Positions 10,417 to 19,079 of a DNA stretch of 32,000 bases are shown here, piece after piece. How positions within the stretch are numbered: position 1 is the first letter of the stretch; every line of letters starts with the position of its first letter. The notes below the pieces were generated by a model, which saw only the letters and a list, made by a program, of their open reading frames with translations, made no database searches and had not been told where the DNA came from. The stretch spans positions 1,320,001 through 1,352,000 of the forward strand of contig NC_013926.1 in NCBI RefSeq assembly GCF_000025665.1, in the 5' to 3' direction. A program made the position numbers and the translations under genes. Source of the stretch: Aciduliprofundum boonei T469. Its GTDB lineage: Archaea; Thermoplasmatota; Thermoplasmata; Thermoplasmatales; Aciduliprofundaceae.

Positions 10417-10528
10417 AGTGAGAGCACCTCTTCGTATGAATATTATATGTCTTATGACCGCATCTTCTACAAACTATATGGGTCGGCTTCCTGTTTCTTT
10501 TACCTTTTGAAGTTGTACCTTTTGTCAT
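10361..10528 (-). CDS. rpl37e: 50S ribosomal protein L37e (55 aa, below the ORF-track size cutoff)
   Basis: Manual translation gives MTKGTTSKGKRNRKPTHIVCRRCGHKTYNIHTKRCSHCGYPAPRMRSYSWAKKKK, which has the L37e zinc ribbon CxxC..CxxC. A GGTGAT Shine-Dalgarno lies 5 nt upstream. It sits directly downstream of the Sm gene, the usual archaeal Sm-L37e arrangement. Confidence 0.88.
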   Translation of the reverse strand: MTKGTTSKGKRNRKPTHIVCRRCGHKTYNIHTKRCSHCGYPAPRMRSYSWAKKKK

Positions 10529-10539
10529 CTTAAATCACC

Positions 10540-10767
10540 TCATGGCGGGGATATGTAAATTACATTATCTCCTCTAACTATTACCACATTATGCACGCCT
10601 TTTGATTCTCCATTTATTATTTCCTCCACATTTTTAAGCACTAAATTAAGATGCTGATCATAGCCATCTAAGACTCCCCTGTACTCTTTGTTTCCCTTCA
10701 TAGCTACCAATACCGGTTTATTTAAGCTCTCGTGGAGAACATGCAGAGGTTTTAACTGTTCCACCAT
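10540..10767 (-). CDS. Sm-like (LSm/SmAP) RNA-binding protein
   Basis: Sm1/Sm2 pattern: VLVAMKGNKEYRGVLDGYDQHLNLVL ... VVIVRGDNVIYISP. ATG 10767 is preferred over GTG 10776. Confidence 0.87.
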   Translation of the reverse strand: MVEQLKPLHVLHESLNKPVLVAMKGNKEYRGVLDGYDQHLNLVLKNVEEIINGESKGVHNVVIVRGDNVIYISPP

Positions 10768-10827
10768 ATTTACCACTAAGCCCTTTATTTACTTCCCCTA
10801 TTTAAATTTTGGCTTAGCAACATCGCC

Positions 10828-10839
10828 AAATTTATATAT
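10828..10839 (+). promoter_or_regulatory. TATA-box-like element for tRNA-Gly
   Basis: AAATTTATATAT is centred about 29 nt upstream of the tRNA 5' end. Confidence 0.5.
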
Positions 10840-10862
10840 CCCCTCATTATTTCCGATTCTAA

Positions 10863-10935
10863 GCAGGCGTAGTGTAGTCTGGCAGCACAAGGGCCTTCCA
10901 AGCCCTTAGCCCGGGTTCAAATCCCGGCGCCTGCA
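10863..10935 (+). tRNA. tRNA-Gly (anticodon UCC)
   Basis: Hand-folded cloverleaf. Acceptor stem is GCAGGCG/CGCCTGC, anticodon stem AGGGC/GCCCT with loop CTTCCAA, and T arm CCGGG-TTCAAAT-CCCGG. Discriminator is A and no CCA is encoded. Confidence 0.9.
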
Positions 10936-11286
10936 CTAAGCCCCTTTCTTAAGAAGAAAGGTGCCACTGCCCTGCGTAGCGGGGCGTGTTCGCATCTCAC
11001 GATGCTCATTTACCCCCCAAAGAAATAAAAGGGGCTTCACCTCGAAAGAAATAAGTCATTTTGTAAAGATGCCATTGTTGGGACGCAATATCAATTCACT
11101 AAATTGAGGGGTATAGAAAGGGAACGAGCAACAATTTGGTTACGAGCTTACCTTCTGCAAGAAGACTTAGCCGCAGGTGCCATACTCATTTGTGAAAGGG
11201 AGGGGTTTAGAAAGGGGAACCATAGGTGCCCCTTCGTAAGGAACTCGCTGGTGAGCTGAAGGGCTTTAAATAGAAATTATTCATTT
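10936..11286. ncRNA. Candidate structured non-coding RNA(s), family and strand unassigned
   Basis: 351 nt between convergent genes with no ORF longer than 18 codons on either strand. G+C is locally higher than in flanking spacers. It contains several perfect hairpins, a 9-bp long-range pairing and internal 20-nt direct repeats. Confidence 0.35.
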
Positions 11287-12432
11287 TTAATTATTCTTCT
11301 TCATTGTCATTATGTAAGTGTTGACAAATATCAGCACGCCCATAACAAAAAATATCATAGCTCCCATATTGAAAAAGAGAAGGTGGTATGAGTGCAAAGC
11401 ATCATACAGTGCTCCACCAATCAATGGAGCGACTACAGAGCCCATATTTGAGCTCATATTTACAAATCCTAACGATTTCCCCAAACTTTGAGTTTTTGAA
11501 GCGGCGAAGCTTCTTGCTATGGGCATAAATCCCCTGCCAGTTATGTAAAAAATCAAAGTTCCTGAGAGAACAATGGCAAGAGAATTTGACATAATGGCTA
11601 ATCCAGAAATTAGGGATAAAGTGCCTAGAAGTTTAAGAGCATAGTTATATCCTTTTTTGTCTGAGATATGCCCCATAAGGAATGTTCCAAAGATGGCAAT
11701 CACACTGAATATAAAAAGTGAAAATGTGGTGTTGTATTTTCCAAGAGCCATGGTCTCGGATAAATAGAACCATAGGACTTCTGCCCCAAGAGAGAAAAAC
11801 ATACCATAGAAGAAGTTGAGAGAGTATAAAGAAAAACCAAATTTCACCTCATTCTCTTTTGTTGCCTTTTCTATAACACCCTTTTTTTCTTTTATGTCCC
11901 GTAATGGAACAAGAAGAAGTATGGCTAGAATATAAAATGTTGCCACAGTTATTAAGGCATGATATACATTCCCTAAAAAGTAATTGTAAAGAATATAGCC
12001 CACAGCCCCTCCAAATCCACCCATCATAAAATATGAACTCATCAGTCTTCCCCTGAATTTCACTGGTGAGGCAAGATGCACTACAGCTTGCATAGTGGTC
12101 CACGCCATGGCCCCATATACACCATCAAGAGCTCTTAATCCTATCATCCAGGGATAGGGTATTACTAAATAGAGAAAAGAATCTATGGCAAGTCCTAGAA
12201 ATCCTAAAATCATTATAAAAATCCTACTCCACCCCTTATCTGCGAAGTTGCCTATTAATGGAGCACTTAACCCTCTAGCCAACATAAATGTTGAAGATAG
12301 AATAGTTATTTCTAGAACAGTTAATCCGAGACCCCTTAGCGTAAATGCCAGAACAACACGAAGTAGTTGTGAAGCCATACCCCCAAATATCGGAATTATC
12401 AATATTGAAGAGTAAATCTTCCACTTCTCCAT
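11287..12432 (-). CDS. Major facilitator superfamily transporter
   Basis: 381 aa with about 12 hydrophobic spans in a 6+6 arrangement around a charged central loop (RDIKEKKGVIEKATKENE). Confidence 0.72.
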   Translation of the reverse strand: MEKWKIYSSILIIPIFGGMASQLLRVVLAFTLRGLGLTVLEITILSSTFMLARGLSAPLIGNFADKGWSRIFIMILGFLGLAIDSFLYLVIPYPWMIGLRALDGVYGAMAWTTMQAVVHLASPVKFRGRLMSSYFMMGGFGGAVGYILYNYFLGNVYHALITVATFYILAILLLVPLRDIKEKKGVIEKATKENEVKFGFSLYSLNFFYGMFFSLGAEVLWFYLSETMALGKYNTTFSLFIFSVIAIFGTFLMGHISDKKGYNYALKLLGTLSLISGLAIMSNSLAIVLSGTLIFYITGRGFMPIARSFAASKTQSLGKSLGFVNMSSNMGSVVAPLIGGALYDALHSYHLLFFNMGAMIFFVMGVLIFVNTYIMTMKKNN

Positions 12433-12461
12433 TTAATTGTATATGTATGCAAAAGATTTAA

Positions 12462-12839
12462 TCATTTCTCTAATTTGAATCTCTTTGGAAGTAAACGGGA
12501 TAAATAATATTTTTCTACTTTCTCTCCATCCGTAAGTGTAATTTCACACTCCTCATCGCAGAACTCGGCCATAACCTGCAAGCATGCCCCACAAGGATAT
12601 GGCATTTTCTCTGCATATACAGCAATTTTCTCAATATTCTTGCATCCTTCGCTAACTGCCTTAAATATTGCTACCCTCTCAGCGCATATAGTCAATCCGT
12701 AAGAGGAGTTCTCTATATTACATCCTGTAAAAATCCTCCCACAGGCAAGTACGGCTGCACCAACCCTAAAATTAGAGTATGGTGCATACGCATTATCCGC
12801 CGCTTTTTTTGCATACTCTATTAGTTCATTGGTATCCAT
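12462..12839 (-). CDS. cdd: Cytidine deaminase
   Basis: Zinc motifs CAERVAI and PCGACLQVMAEF in a 125-aa protein of homotetrameric-CDA size. It overlaps the upstream gene by 14 nt. Confidence 0.85.
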   Translation of the reverse strand: MDTNELIEYAKKAADNAYAPYSNFRVGAAVLACGRIFTGCNIENSSYGLTICAERVAIFKAVSEGCKNIEKIAVYAEKMPYPCGACLQVMAEFCDEECEITLTDGEKVEKYYLSRLLPKRFKLEK

Positions 12840-14316
12840 CTATATCACTTTCGTTCCAGTAATTATATACCATCTTACTCTGAGATGTAGTTAAATCTTT
12901 AGCAACTCCTGCCTCATATGTTCCATATCTCTCTTTTATCTGCTCTTCAATGGGCATTGATATCTTTAAAGCTTCTTCTATGTGCTTTCTCTCTATGAAT
13001 TTATCCCCGTTGTATATGGCAAGATCTCCTGCGGCTCTTATTAAACCTCCAAGTTCTCTGAGCCTTAATGTTAATCCATTCTCCCCGTCAATTCTTTTTG
13101 CTCTTCTCTTCCCCTCTTCGATTATTGCAATAACTGCATCTCTTGTGGCATGGGGTATTCGTCCATCCATCGCTATTTCTTGAGCCACAAACTGAGCATA
13201 TTTTGCCCTATTCTCTTCCGTATCAGGCATAGAGGTCTTCACAAGAATTTCATAGCCCTCTCCAACAATCCTAGAACGAAGTGGAGAAAGAATATTTGGT
13301 AGGTCCTGTATGTTACAGGCCGCCACAAGAATGAAGTCACAGGGTACATCGTCCACTCGCACACTGGCTCCTGCGCTTTGAGGATTTCTTCCAGCGATTG
13401 AGAATTTCTTCTCCTGCATTGCTGTTAATATATTCCTTTGTAGAGGACCCAAATGTGTGATTTCATCGATAAACAATACACCCTGATGTGCCTCATGAAT
13501 GGCGCCTGTCACTACTCTCTTATAAGGAGGAGTGCCCAACTGAGGATGACCTCCATAGGGATCATGCTTAACATCTCCAAGCAATTCTGTCTCGCTTGCA
13601 CCTGTAGCCATAACAAATGGATTTCTTTTCAATGGTACAATCACCTTGTAAGGCTTCTTCTTTTCCATAGCTCTTCTTTTCTCCAATGTTCTTTCATCAT
13701 AAACCCTTATTTTCTCCCCATCTCTCTCGTAAACCATAACCTTCTCTTCCCCATTTTCATACACAGTGGTTGTAACACGGGGAGGAAGTGAGGATATGCC
13801 AAATGCAGCTCCTATGGCCCCAAATATGTCTGCGAAGGGCCCCACTGTTGTCTGAGCTACCTTTGGAGCGCCGCATTTTGGACATACTGGCTCTGAGGGG
13901 GAAGAATATGCCCCACATTTAGCACATTTGAAACCAAGTTTAATAGCCACATTATCTGGAGCTTCTCTTGGATCTATGATTTTTCCCTCCACTGACCTAA
14001 GTTCCAGCATTTCCTCCTCTACTTCTTTTTCGTCCTTTATCTCAACAAAAGGCCTTTCTGGGTTCTGGGGATTATGCACAACCCTTATTTCCTGAGTGGG
14101 AGGATCTAGATGTAAAGCCAGTGCTTGGGCAATCATTGATTTTCCAGTGCCAGGAGGACCTACTAGGAGAAGATGTCTATGCTGCCTTGCCGCAATTTTT
14201 GCTATTTTTATAGCTTCATCCTGTCCAATAACCCTATCCAATGGGTCTTTTGGAATCAATATCTCGGCCGTAGTTTCAAAGTCCTTTAAACTAAAACCCT
14301 TCTTCGGGTCTATCAT
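12826..14316 (-). CDS. LonB-related AAA+ ATPase lacking the protease domain and membrane hairpin, with an inserted zinc ribbon
   Basis: Collinear motif identity with the LonB at 25531-27426: [73 protein letters not shown]. It has CAKCG..CPKCG where LonB carries its transmembrane hairpin. It ends before any Ser-Lys protease domain. Confidence 0.75.
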   Translation of the reverse strand: MIDPKKGFSLKDFETTAEILIPKDPLDRVIGQDEAIKIAKIAARQHRHLLLVGPPGTGKSMIAQALALHLDPPTQEIRVVHNPQNPERPFVEIKDEKEVEEEMLELRSVEGKIIDPREAPDNVAIKLGFKCAKCGAYSSPSEPVCPKCGAPKVAQTTVGPFADIFGAIGAAFGISSLPPRVTTTVYENGEEKVMVYERDGEKIRVYDERTLEKRRAMEKKKPYKVIVPLKRNPFVMATGASETELLGDVKHDPYGGHPQLGTPPYKRVVTGAIHEAHQGVLFIDEITHLGPLQRNILTAMQEKKFSIAGRNPQSAGASVRVDDVPCDFILVAACNIQDLPNILSPLRSRIVGEGYEILVKTSMPDTEENRAKYAQFVAQEIAMDGRIPHATRDAVIAIIEEGKRRAKRIDGENGLTLRLRELGGLIRAAGDLAIYNGDKFIERKHIEEALKISMPIEEQIKERYGTYEAGVAKDLTTSQSKMVYNYWNESDIDGYQ

Positions 14317-15536
14317 TTTTTCACCATATCTTTCGTCATGAGTTTTATATTTAGCGGCTTCTTGGTAACATTTCCTATTTTATATCCAATTATTTTTGTT
14401 ATTCCCTTCTCAGATGCAACATCAACAAGACGCTGTGAGATTATCCCCCCGGTTATGAGGGTATCACCATTTTCTTTTGTGGCTTTTAATTTTTCTATTA
14501 ACTCATTTAAAGGTATTCTCTCTACAACTTTATTATCTTTTAGAAGTGCAGCCTCTTTCTTTGCATTCAATTCTTTGAATAATGCACCAATATCATTTTC
14601 TTGAACCTCTTCCTTTTTTTCCTCTTTCTCCTTCTTTTGCTCTTCTTTTTTCTCCTCTTTTTTTATCTCAATATTGTGAGTCGCCAGGTATTGTTCCACC
14701 GGAACTTTATTTCTGAGGGCTTTCATCAATTGCTTATAGGTCAGTTCTTCCACTTCATAACCTGGTGGGGCTCTCGCAATAAAATCTATATCCGCCACTT
14801 GCAAGAGCTCTTTTAATATTAAATCTCCACCATGATCTCCATCCAAGAATGCCGTAACAATTTTTTTCTTACTTAACTCCACAATCGTTTTTGGAACACT
14901 CGTGCCATTCACAGCTATTGCGTTTTTAATTCCATAGTTCAGTAGATTGATTACATCGCTTCTTCCCTCTACAACTATTATCGCCTCAGATTTTTCAACA
15001 TTGGGTCCAGCTGGCAGATGGTCCTCACCGTAAATAACGACTTCTTCAATTTCCACAGCCTCTCTAACCGTTTTTATGAGATCTTCACTAACCTGCTTTC
15101 CTTGCTTTAAGAGCATCTGCAATAGTTCTTTTGCTCTATCCACAACTTTCTGCCTCTTTGTAGCTCTTATATCCTCTATGGATATTACTTTGACTCTTGA
15201 ACGGCATGGACCTACGCGGTCAATAGTCTCTAAAGCTGCAGCGAGAATAGCAGTTTCAACCTGATCTAAACTTGAAGGGATGAGTATTTCACCTACAGAT
15301 TTACCCTTCTCGGATTTTATATCTACTTCAATTCTTCCTATTCTTCCACTCTTCTGCAGATCTCTCAAATCGAGCTCGTCGCCCAACAAACCTTCAGTTT
15401 GGCCAAAAATAGCGCCAACAACATCGGGTCTCTCAACTATACCATCTGTTTCAATTGTGGCTCTTATCAAATATTTTGCTGCATATGGGTCCGTATTCAA
15501 TTGCATCACCTCCTGAATCTTCGGGAAAATAGCCAT
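14313..15536 (-). CDS. dnaG: Archaeal DnaG-type primase / exosome-associated TOPRIM protein
   Basis: N-terminal [32 protein letters not shown] is typical of archaeal DnaG. TOPRIM segments are [11 protein letters not shown] and LDGDHGGD. An alternative start is ATG 15506. Confidence 0.9.
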   Translation of the reverse strand: MAIFPKIQEVMQLNTDPYAAKYLIRATIETDGIVERPDVVGAIFGQTEGLLGDELDLRDLQKSGRIGRIEVDIKSEKGKSVGEILIPSSLDQVETAILAAALETIDRVGPCRSRVKVISIEDIRATKRQKVVDRAKELLQMLLKQGKQVSEDLIKTVREAVEIEEVVIYGEDHLPAGPNVEKSEAIIVVEGRSDVINLLNYGIKNAIAVNGTSVPKTIVELSKKKIVTAFLDGDHGGDLILKELLQVADIDFIARAPPGYEVEELTYKQLMKALRNKVPVEQYLATHNIEIKKEEKKEEQKKEKEEKKEEVQENDIGALFKELNAKKEAALLKDNKVVERIPLNELIEKLKATKENGDTLITGGIISQRLVDVASEKGITKIIGYKIGNVTKKPLNIKLMTKDMVKK

Positions 15537-15725
15537 CGCTCCCGTATACTGGGAATCGACATATTGATGAGGTGTGTGAGCGTGATATGTAATGAAGTGA
15601 GGATGACCATTTTCCCCAAAGGTTTATTGTAGCAGGGTTTATAAACTTTGTTATTATACCTGCATAAAGGAAAATTGATATATATGTGAAGGTGTTTAGG
15701 GGCAATATCACCATATATAAAGGCG

Positions 15726-16178
15726 ATGAAGATGGCAGAATTCAAGTATATCGTCAGGATTGCCGATACGGACCTGGATGGAAATAGGCCAGTAATATAC
15801 GCTATCCAGGGAATAAAGGGCATAGGATACAGGGTAGCTGAGGGCATAGTTAAAGATCTCAATATGGACCCGAAAAAGAAAATTGGAGAGCTCAGCGATG
15901 AGCAGATTGAAGAGATTAGAGTTCTAATAGAAGAAAAAATTGAAGAGATGCTACCCTCTTGGATGATGAATCACCGCAAGGATTATTTCACTGGTGAGGA
16001 TAGGCATATTTTGTCCACCGAGTTGGATTTGCAGAAACAGGACGATATTAATAGGTTAAAAAGAATTAAATGCTATCGTGGAGTTAGGCATGAGAAAGGT
16101 CTCCGTGTACGTGGTCAGAGAACCCGTTCAAATGGGAGAAGTGGTTTGACCGTGGGAGTTAGCAGGAAGAAGAGGTGA
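15726..16178 (+). CDS. rps13: 30S ribosomal protein S13
   Basis: The N-terminus FKYIVRIADTDLDG and the basic C-terminus match the S13/S18e family. It is the first gene of the S13-S4-S11-RpoD cluster. Confidence 0.92.
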   Translation: MKMAEFKYIVRIADTDLDGNRPVIYAIQGIKGIGYRVAEGIVKDLNMDPKKKIGELSDEQIEEIRVLIEEKIEEMLPSWMMNHRKDYFTGEDRHILSTELDLQKQDDINRLKRIKCYRGVRHEKGLRVRGQRTRSNGRSGLTVGVSRKKR

Positions 16179-16182
16179 GTAG

Positions 16183-16746
16183 ATGGGAGATCCTAGGTTC
16201 AATAGAAAAAAGTACGAGACTCCCAAACATCCTTGGGAAGCAGATAGGATAAAAGAGGAATGGGAACTTCAGAAAAAGTATGGGCTTAAAAATAAGAGGG
16301 AGATCTGGAAAGCCAAATCTCTGTTAAGGAATTTTAGGGGACAAGCTAGGCAGCTTCAGGCAAAATTGAGATATGGAAATCCTCAAGCTGAGAAAGAGCA
16401 GAAATTGCTTTTTGACAAACTCATAAGATTGGGTATACTCAACGAGGCGAATGCCACTTTGGATGCTGTTTTATCACTTACTGTTGAAGATATTCTGAGG
16501 AGAAGATTACAGACAATAGTGTACCTAAAAGGTCTTGCAAGAACGCCAAAGCAAGCAAGGCAGTTTATTGTGCATGGTCATATTGCAATAGGAGATCGAA
16601 AGGTCACAATACCAAGTTATCTGGTGAGAAAGGAGGAAGAAGATCTAGTGGATTATTACAAGTACTCACCTCTTGCTGATGAAATGCATCCCATGCGCCC
16701 CCAAGTAATTGAAGGACAAGAAGAAGTGAAAGAGGAGGGTGAGTAA
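16183..16746 (+). CDS. rps4: 30S ribosomal protein S4
   Basis: [17 protein letters not shown] start, an S4 RNA-binding domain ([28 protein letters not shown]), and a GAGGTGA Shine-Dalgarno upstream. Confidence 0.92.
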   Translation: MGDPRFNRKKYETPKHPWEADRIKEEWELQKKYGLKNKREIWKAKSLLRNFRGQARQLQAKLRYGNPQAEKEQKLLFDKLIRLGILNEANATLDAVLSLTVEDILRRRLQTIVYLKGLARTPKQARQFIVHGHIAIGDRKVTIPSYLVRKEEEDLVDYYKYSPLADEMHPMRPQVIEGQEEVKEEGE

Positions 16747-16748
16747 AG

Positions 16749-17135
16749 ATGGCAAATAGAGTTAGCGTGGTTCATATATTTTCATCCCATAACGATACTA
16801 TAATCACTGCAACAGATATTACAGGTGCAGAGACTTTTGCAAAGGCATCTGGTGGTATGGTTGTTAAGGCTGATAGGGAAGAGGCATCTCCGTATGCTGC
16901 CATGAAAGCTGCTGAAATGGTTGCTGAGCAGTTGAAAGAGAAGGAGATTGAAGAGATAATTGTCAAGGTTCGTGCTCCCGGTGGAAACAGGAGTATGAGT
17001 CCTGGGCCTGGTGCTCAAGCAGCCATAAGGGCTCTTGCCAGAGCTGGAATGAAAATCCTGCGCATTGAGGATGTCACTCCTATTCCACATGATAGCACTA
17101 GAAAGCCTGGTGGCAAGAGGGGTAGGAGGGTCTAA
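16749..17135 (+). CDS. rps11: 30S ribosomal protein S11
   Basis: S11 motifs ([44 protein letters not shown]). Confidence 0.92.
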   Translation: MANRVSVVHIFSSHNDTIITATDITGAETFAKASGGMVVKADREEASPYAAMKAAEMVAEQLKEKEIEEIIVKVRAPGGNRSMSPGPGAQAAIRALARAGMKILRIEDVTPIPHDSTRKPGGKRGRRV

Positions 17136-17957
17136 ATGGAATTTCATATATTGGAATTGCAGGATAGGTACATTAAATTTGAAATAAAGGGTATAACTCC
17201 TTCAGTAGCCAATGCTTTGAGAAGAACCTTAATAAATGATATTCCCAAACTCGCAATACACAAGGTAATATTCCACCATGGGCAAATAAGGGATATGGAA
17301 GGAAATGTGTATGATTCTTCCACGCCATTATTTGATGAAATCATAGCACACCGCCTTGGGCTGATTCCTCTGCCCACCGATTTAAATATGAAGTTCAGAG
17401 ATGAATGCGATCACCCTCCAGATGAGGGATGCCCTCTATGTACTGTCACATACACTTTAAATAAGCATGGTCCTGCAACAGTATATTCTGGAGATTTGAT
17501 TCCTGTTGGAGATGAGAAATTCAAGCCCGTTGATCCTCTTATTCCAATAGTGAAACTGAAGGAGCACCAAGCCATACTTCTTGAAGCAGAGGCAATTATG
17601 GGCACAGCAAAGGAGCATGCTAAATGGCAGGTTACAAGTGGAGTATCTTACAAGTACCACAGAGAGATAAAAGTAAACAAGAAAGACAGCGAACTGTGGG
17701 AGAAAGTTAAAAAATCTTGTCCAAAGAATGTGATTAAAGAGGATGATAAGTTCATAATTTTTACAGATGATATACCTTGCAAAGAGATTGCGGAGATACT
17801 TTCCTTTGAGAACCCTGAAATAACAGAGGACGATTCTTGGTTCATATTCGAATTTGAAACCGATGGAAGCTTGAAAGCCATTGATACCCTTGAATATGCA
17901 ATAAAAAGGTTGAAAACAAGGTTTAACACGCTAAGGGAACACGCATCTCTGGGGTAA
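17136..17957 (+). CDS. rpoD: DNA-directed RNA polymerase subunit D (Rpo3)
   Basis: The N-terminal [25 protein letters not shown] motif matches the RpoD/Rpb3 dimerisation domain. Its position after S11 is the conserved one. Confidence 0.88.
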   Translation: MEFHILELQDRYIKFEIKGITPSVANALRRTLINDIPKLAIHKVIFHHGQIRDMEGNVYDSSTPLFDEIIAHRLGLIPLPTDLNMKFRDECDHPPDEGCPLCTVTYTLNKHGPATVYSGDLIPVGDEKFKPVDPLIPIVKLKEHQAILLEAEAIMGTAKEHAKWQVTSGVSYKYHREIKVNKKDSELWEKVKKSCPKNVIKEDDKFIIFTDDIPCKEIAEILSFENPEITEDDSWFIFEFETDGSLKAIDTLEYAIKRLKTRFNTLREHASLG

Positions 17958-17980
17958 ATAATATTCTATTGTCAATTTTA

Positions 17981-18958
17981 TTATTCACTTTGTATCTGAT
18001 AATTTCTAAAAAATTCCCAAATCAGATTACACGCGTTAATATCTTTTGATGTTTTTCCGATTATCGATTGAGGCAGGTACTGCTCTCCGCTTGGCCACGT
18101 ATGTCCGCCGCCATCAATTCCGTACTGTATAACTTCCATTCCAGTTGTATTGTTGAGGTACAAACGCATCCATACACGAGTACCATCGTTAGGGTCTGTA
18201 TCAGGAAGATACTCTTTGCTCTTTACTAAGGTACAGTTGTCTATTCTAGCCCAGAACGCAGCGGTTTCTTCCACGCTTAGAACTTTCCCGAGCTTTTTAT
18301 TACCAAAATGCGCGTATCCTCCATTCCATGGCAAAATGGGGTCCGCAACATTGTTAATCATAAGTACTGGAATTGGCGCTATAGGTGTCTCGTTAAGGTA
18401 TATGTTTAGCGGAATAGAGCCGTCCACAGGCGCCACCGCCGCGATTTTATTTGAAAGCTCATAAGCGAGTCGATAAGTCATTAATGCACCGTTTGACATG
18501 CCTGTTACATATACCCTCAAGGGATTTACATTGTATTTTTCAACCATGTAATCAATGAGCTCTGAGATGAACTTTACATCGTTTATGTTCTCTTTCTGCG
18601 TGTAATAAAAGCTCAGGTTCCTACCATCGTTCCAGTGTCTCCCAATGCCATTGGGGTAAACCACGATAAAATTACCTTTAGCTGCAAGTTTGTTAAATCC
18701 GTTCTCTGTCAATTTTTCCATGTCTTTCGCATTGCCACCGCCACCATGAAGTGCAATAATTAATGGCAAAGCTTCAGATTCACTGTAACTCTGAGGCAGA
18801 TGTATGAGAAAATCCCTTTTTATGCCATCAACAGTGATATACGCATACGCATCACCTGTATTTGAAATTTTAATGTAAATTAATACTCCAAAAATTAAAG
18901 CAGATATTATTATTACCGTAATGAAAATGGCAACAATTTTACTTTTTAATGTTTTCAT
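17981..18958 (-). CDS. Membrane-anchored alpha/beta hydrolase, PHB-depolymerase/LpqC-type esterase family
   Basis: N-terminal transmembrane anchor, oxyanion-type HGGGGN, and nucleophile elbow GMSNGA. ATG 18958 is preferred and the track start at 18982 is the alternative. Confidence 0.68.
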   Translation of the reverse strand: MKTLKSKIVAIFITVIIISALIFGVLIYIKISNTGDAYAYITVDGIKRDFLIHLPQSYSESEALPLIIALHGGGGNAKDMEKLTENGFNKLAAKGNFIVVYPNGIGRHWNDGRNLSFYYTQKENINDVKFISELIDYMVEKYNVNPLRVYVTGMSNGALMTYRLAYELSNKIAAVAPVDGSIPLNIYLNETPIAPIPVLMINNVADPILPWNGGYAHFGNKKLGKVLSVEETAAFWARIDNCTLVKSKEYLPDTDPNDGTRVWMRLYLNNTTGMEVIQYGIDGGGHTWPSGEQYLPQSIIGKTSKDINACNLIWEFFRNYQIQSE

Positions 18959-19079
18959 ATAATAAATCAGAGAATTACTCATTTAAAAACATTATGGAAA
19001 TTTTTCCATGCAGTATTGTATAAAGAAAGATAACAGTAAAAGATGTGTGAAGCTAAATCAGAGTATAAGAAATAATTTA

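Noticed and set aside
9420-10533. Plus-strand ORFs within the purF region (9420-9674, 9496-9759, 9934-10119, 9986-10207, 10315-10533)
   Set aside because: All are antisense to the well-supported purF and rpl37e genes and have no motifs.
11106-11220. The 20-nt direct repeats with a G-string as origin-recognition boxes (replication origin)
   Set aside because: There are only two copies and no dyad-symmetric ORB core. There is no AT-rich unwinding element between inverted copies and no orc1/cdc6 gene nearby.
10936-11286. Assigning the non-coding block as RNase P RNA or SRP RNA
   Set aside because: Only loose fragments resemble RNase P. The canonical CR-I (GAGGAAAGUCC), the CR-V (ACAGAA..GGCUUA) with matching P1/P2 partners, and the SRP helix-8 GGAAGGGAGCA motif are all absent on both strands. 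The block is left unassigned.
14600-14690. Long polypyrimidine/polypurine tract and its antisense ORF 14601-14816
   Set aside because: Explained by the K/E-rich linker ([19 protein letters not shown]) inside DnaG. It is not a separate element.
15560-15610. C/D-box sRNA-like string in the dnaG / rps13 divergent spacer (TTGATGAGG...TGATATG...GGATGACC)
   Set aside because: C-box-like TGATGA is present, but no CTGA D or D' box exists on either strand, and the spacing does not fit the C-D'-C'-D order.
15399-15862. ORFs 15399-15632(+), 15451-15714(-) and 15506-15862(-) spanning the dnaG/rps13 spacer
   Set aside because: They overlap real genes in the wrong frame or strand and cross the promoter region. 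No recognisable motifs.
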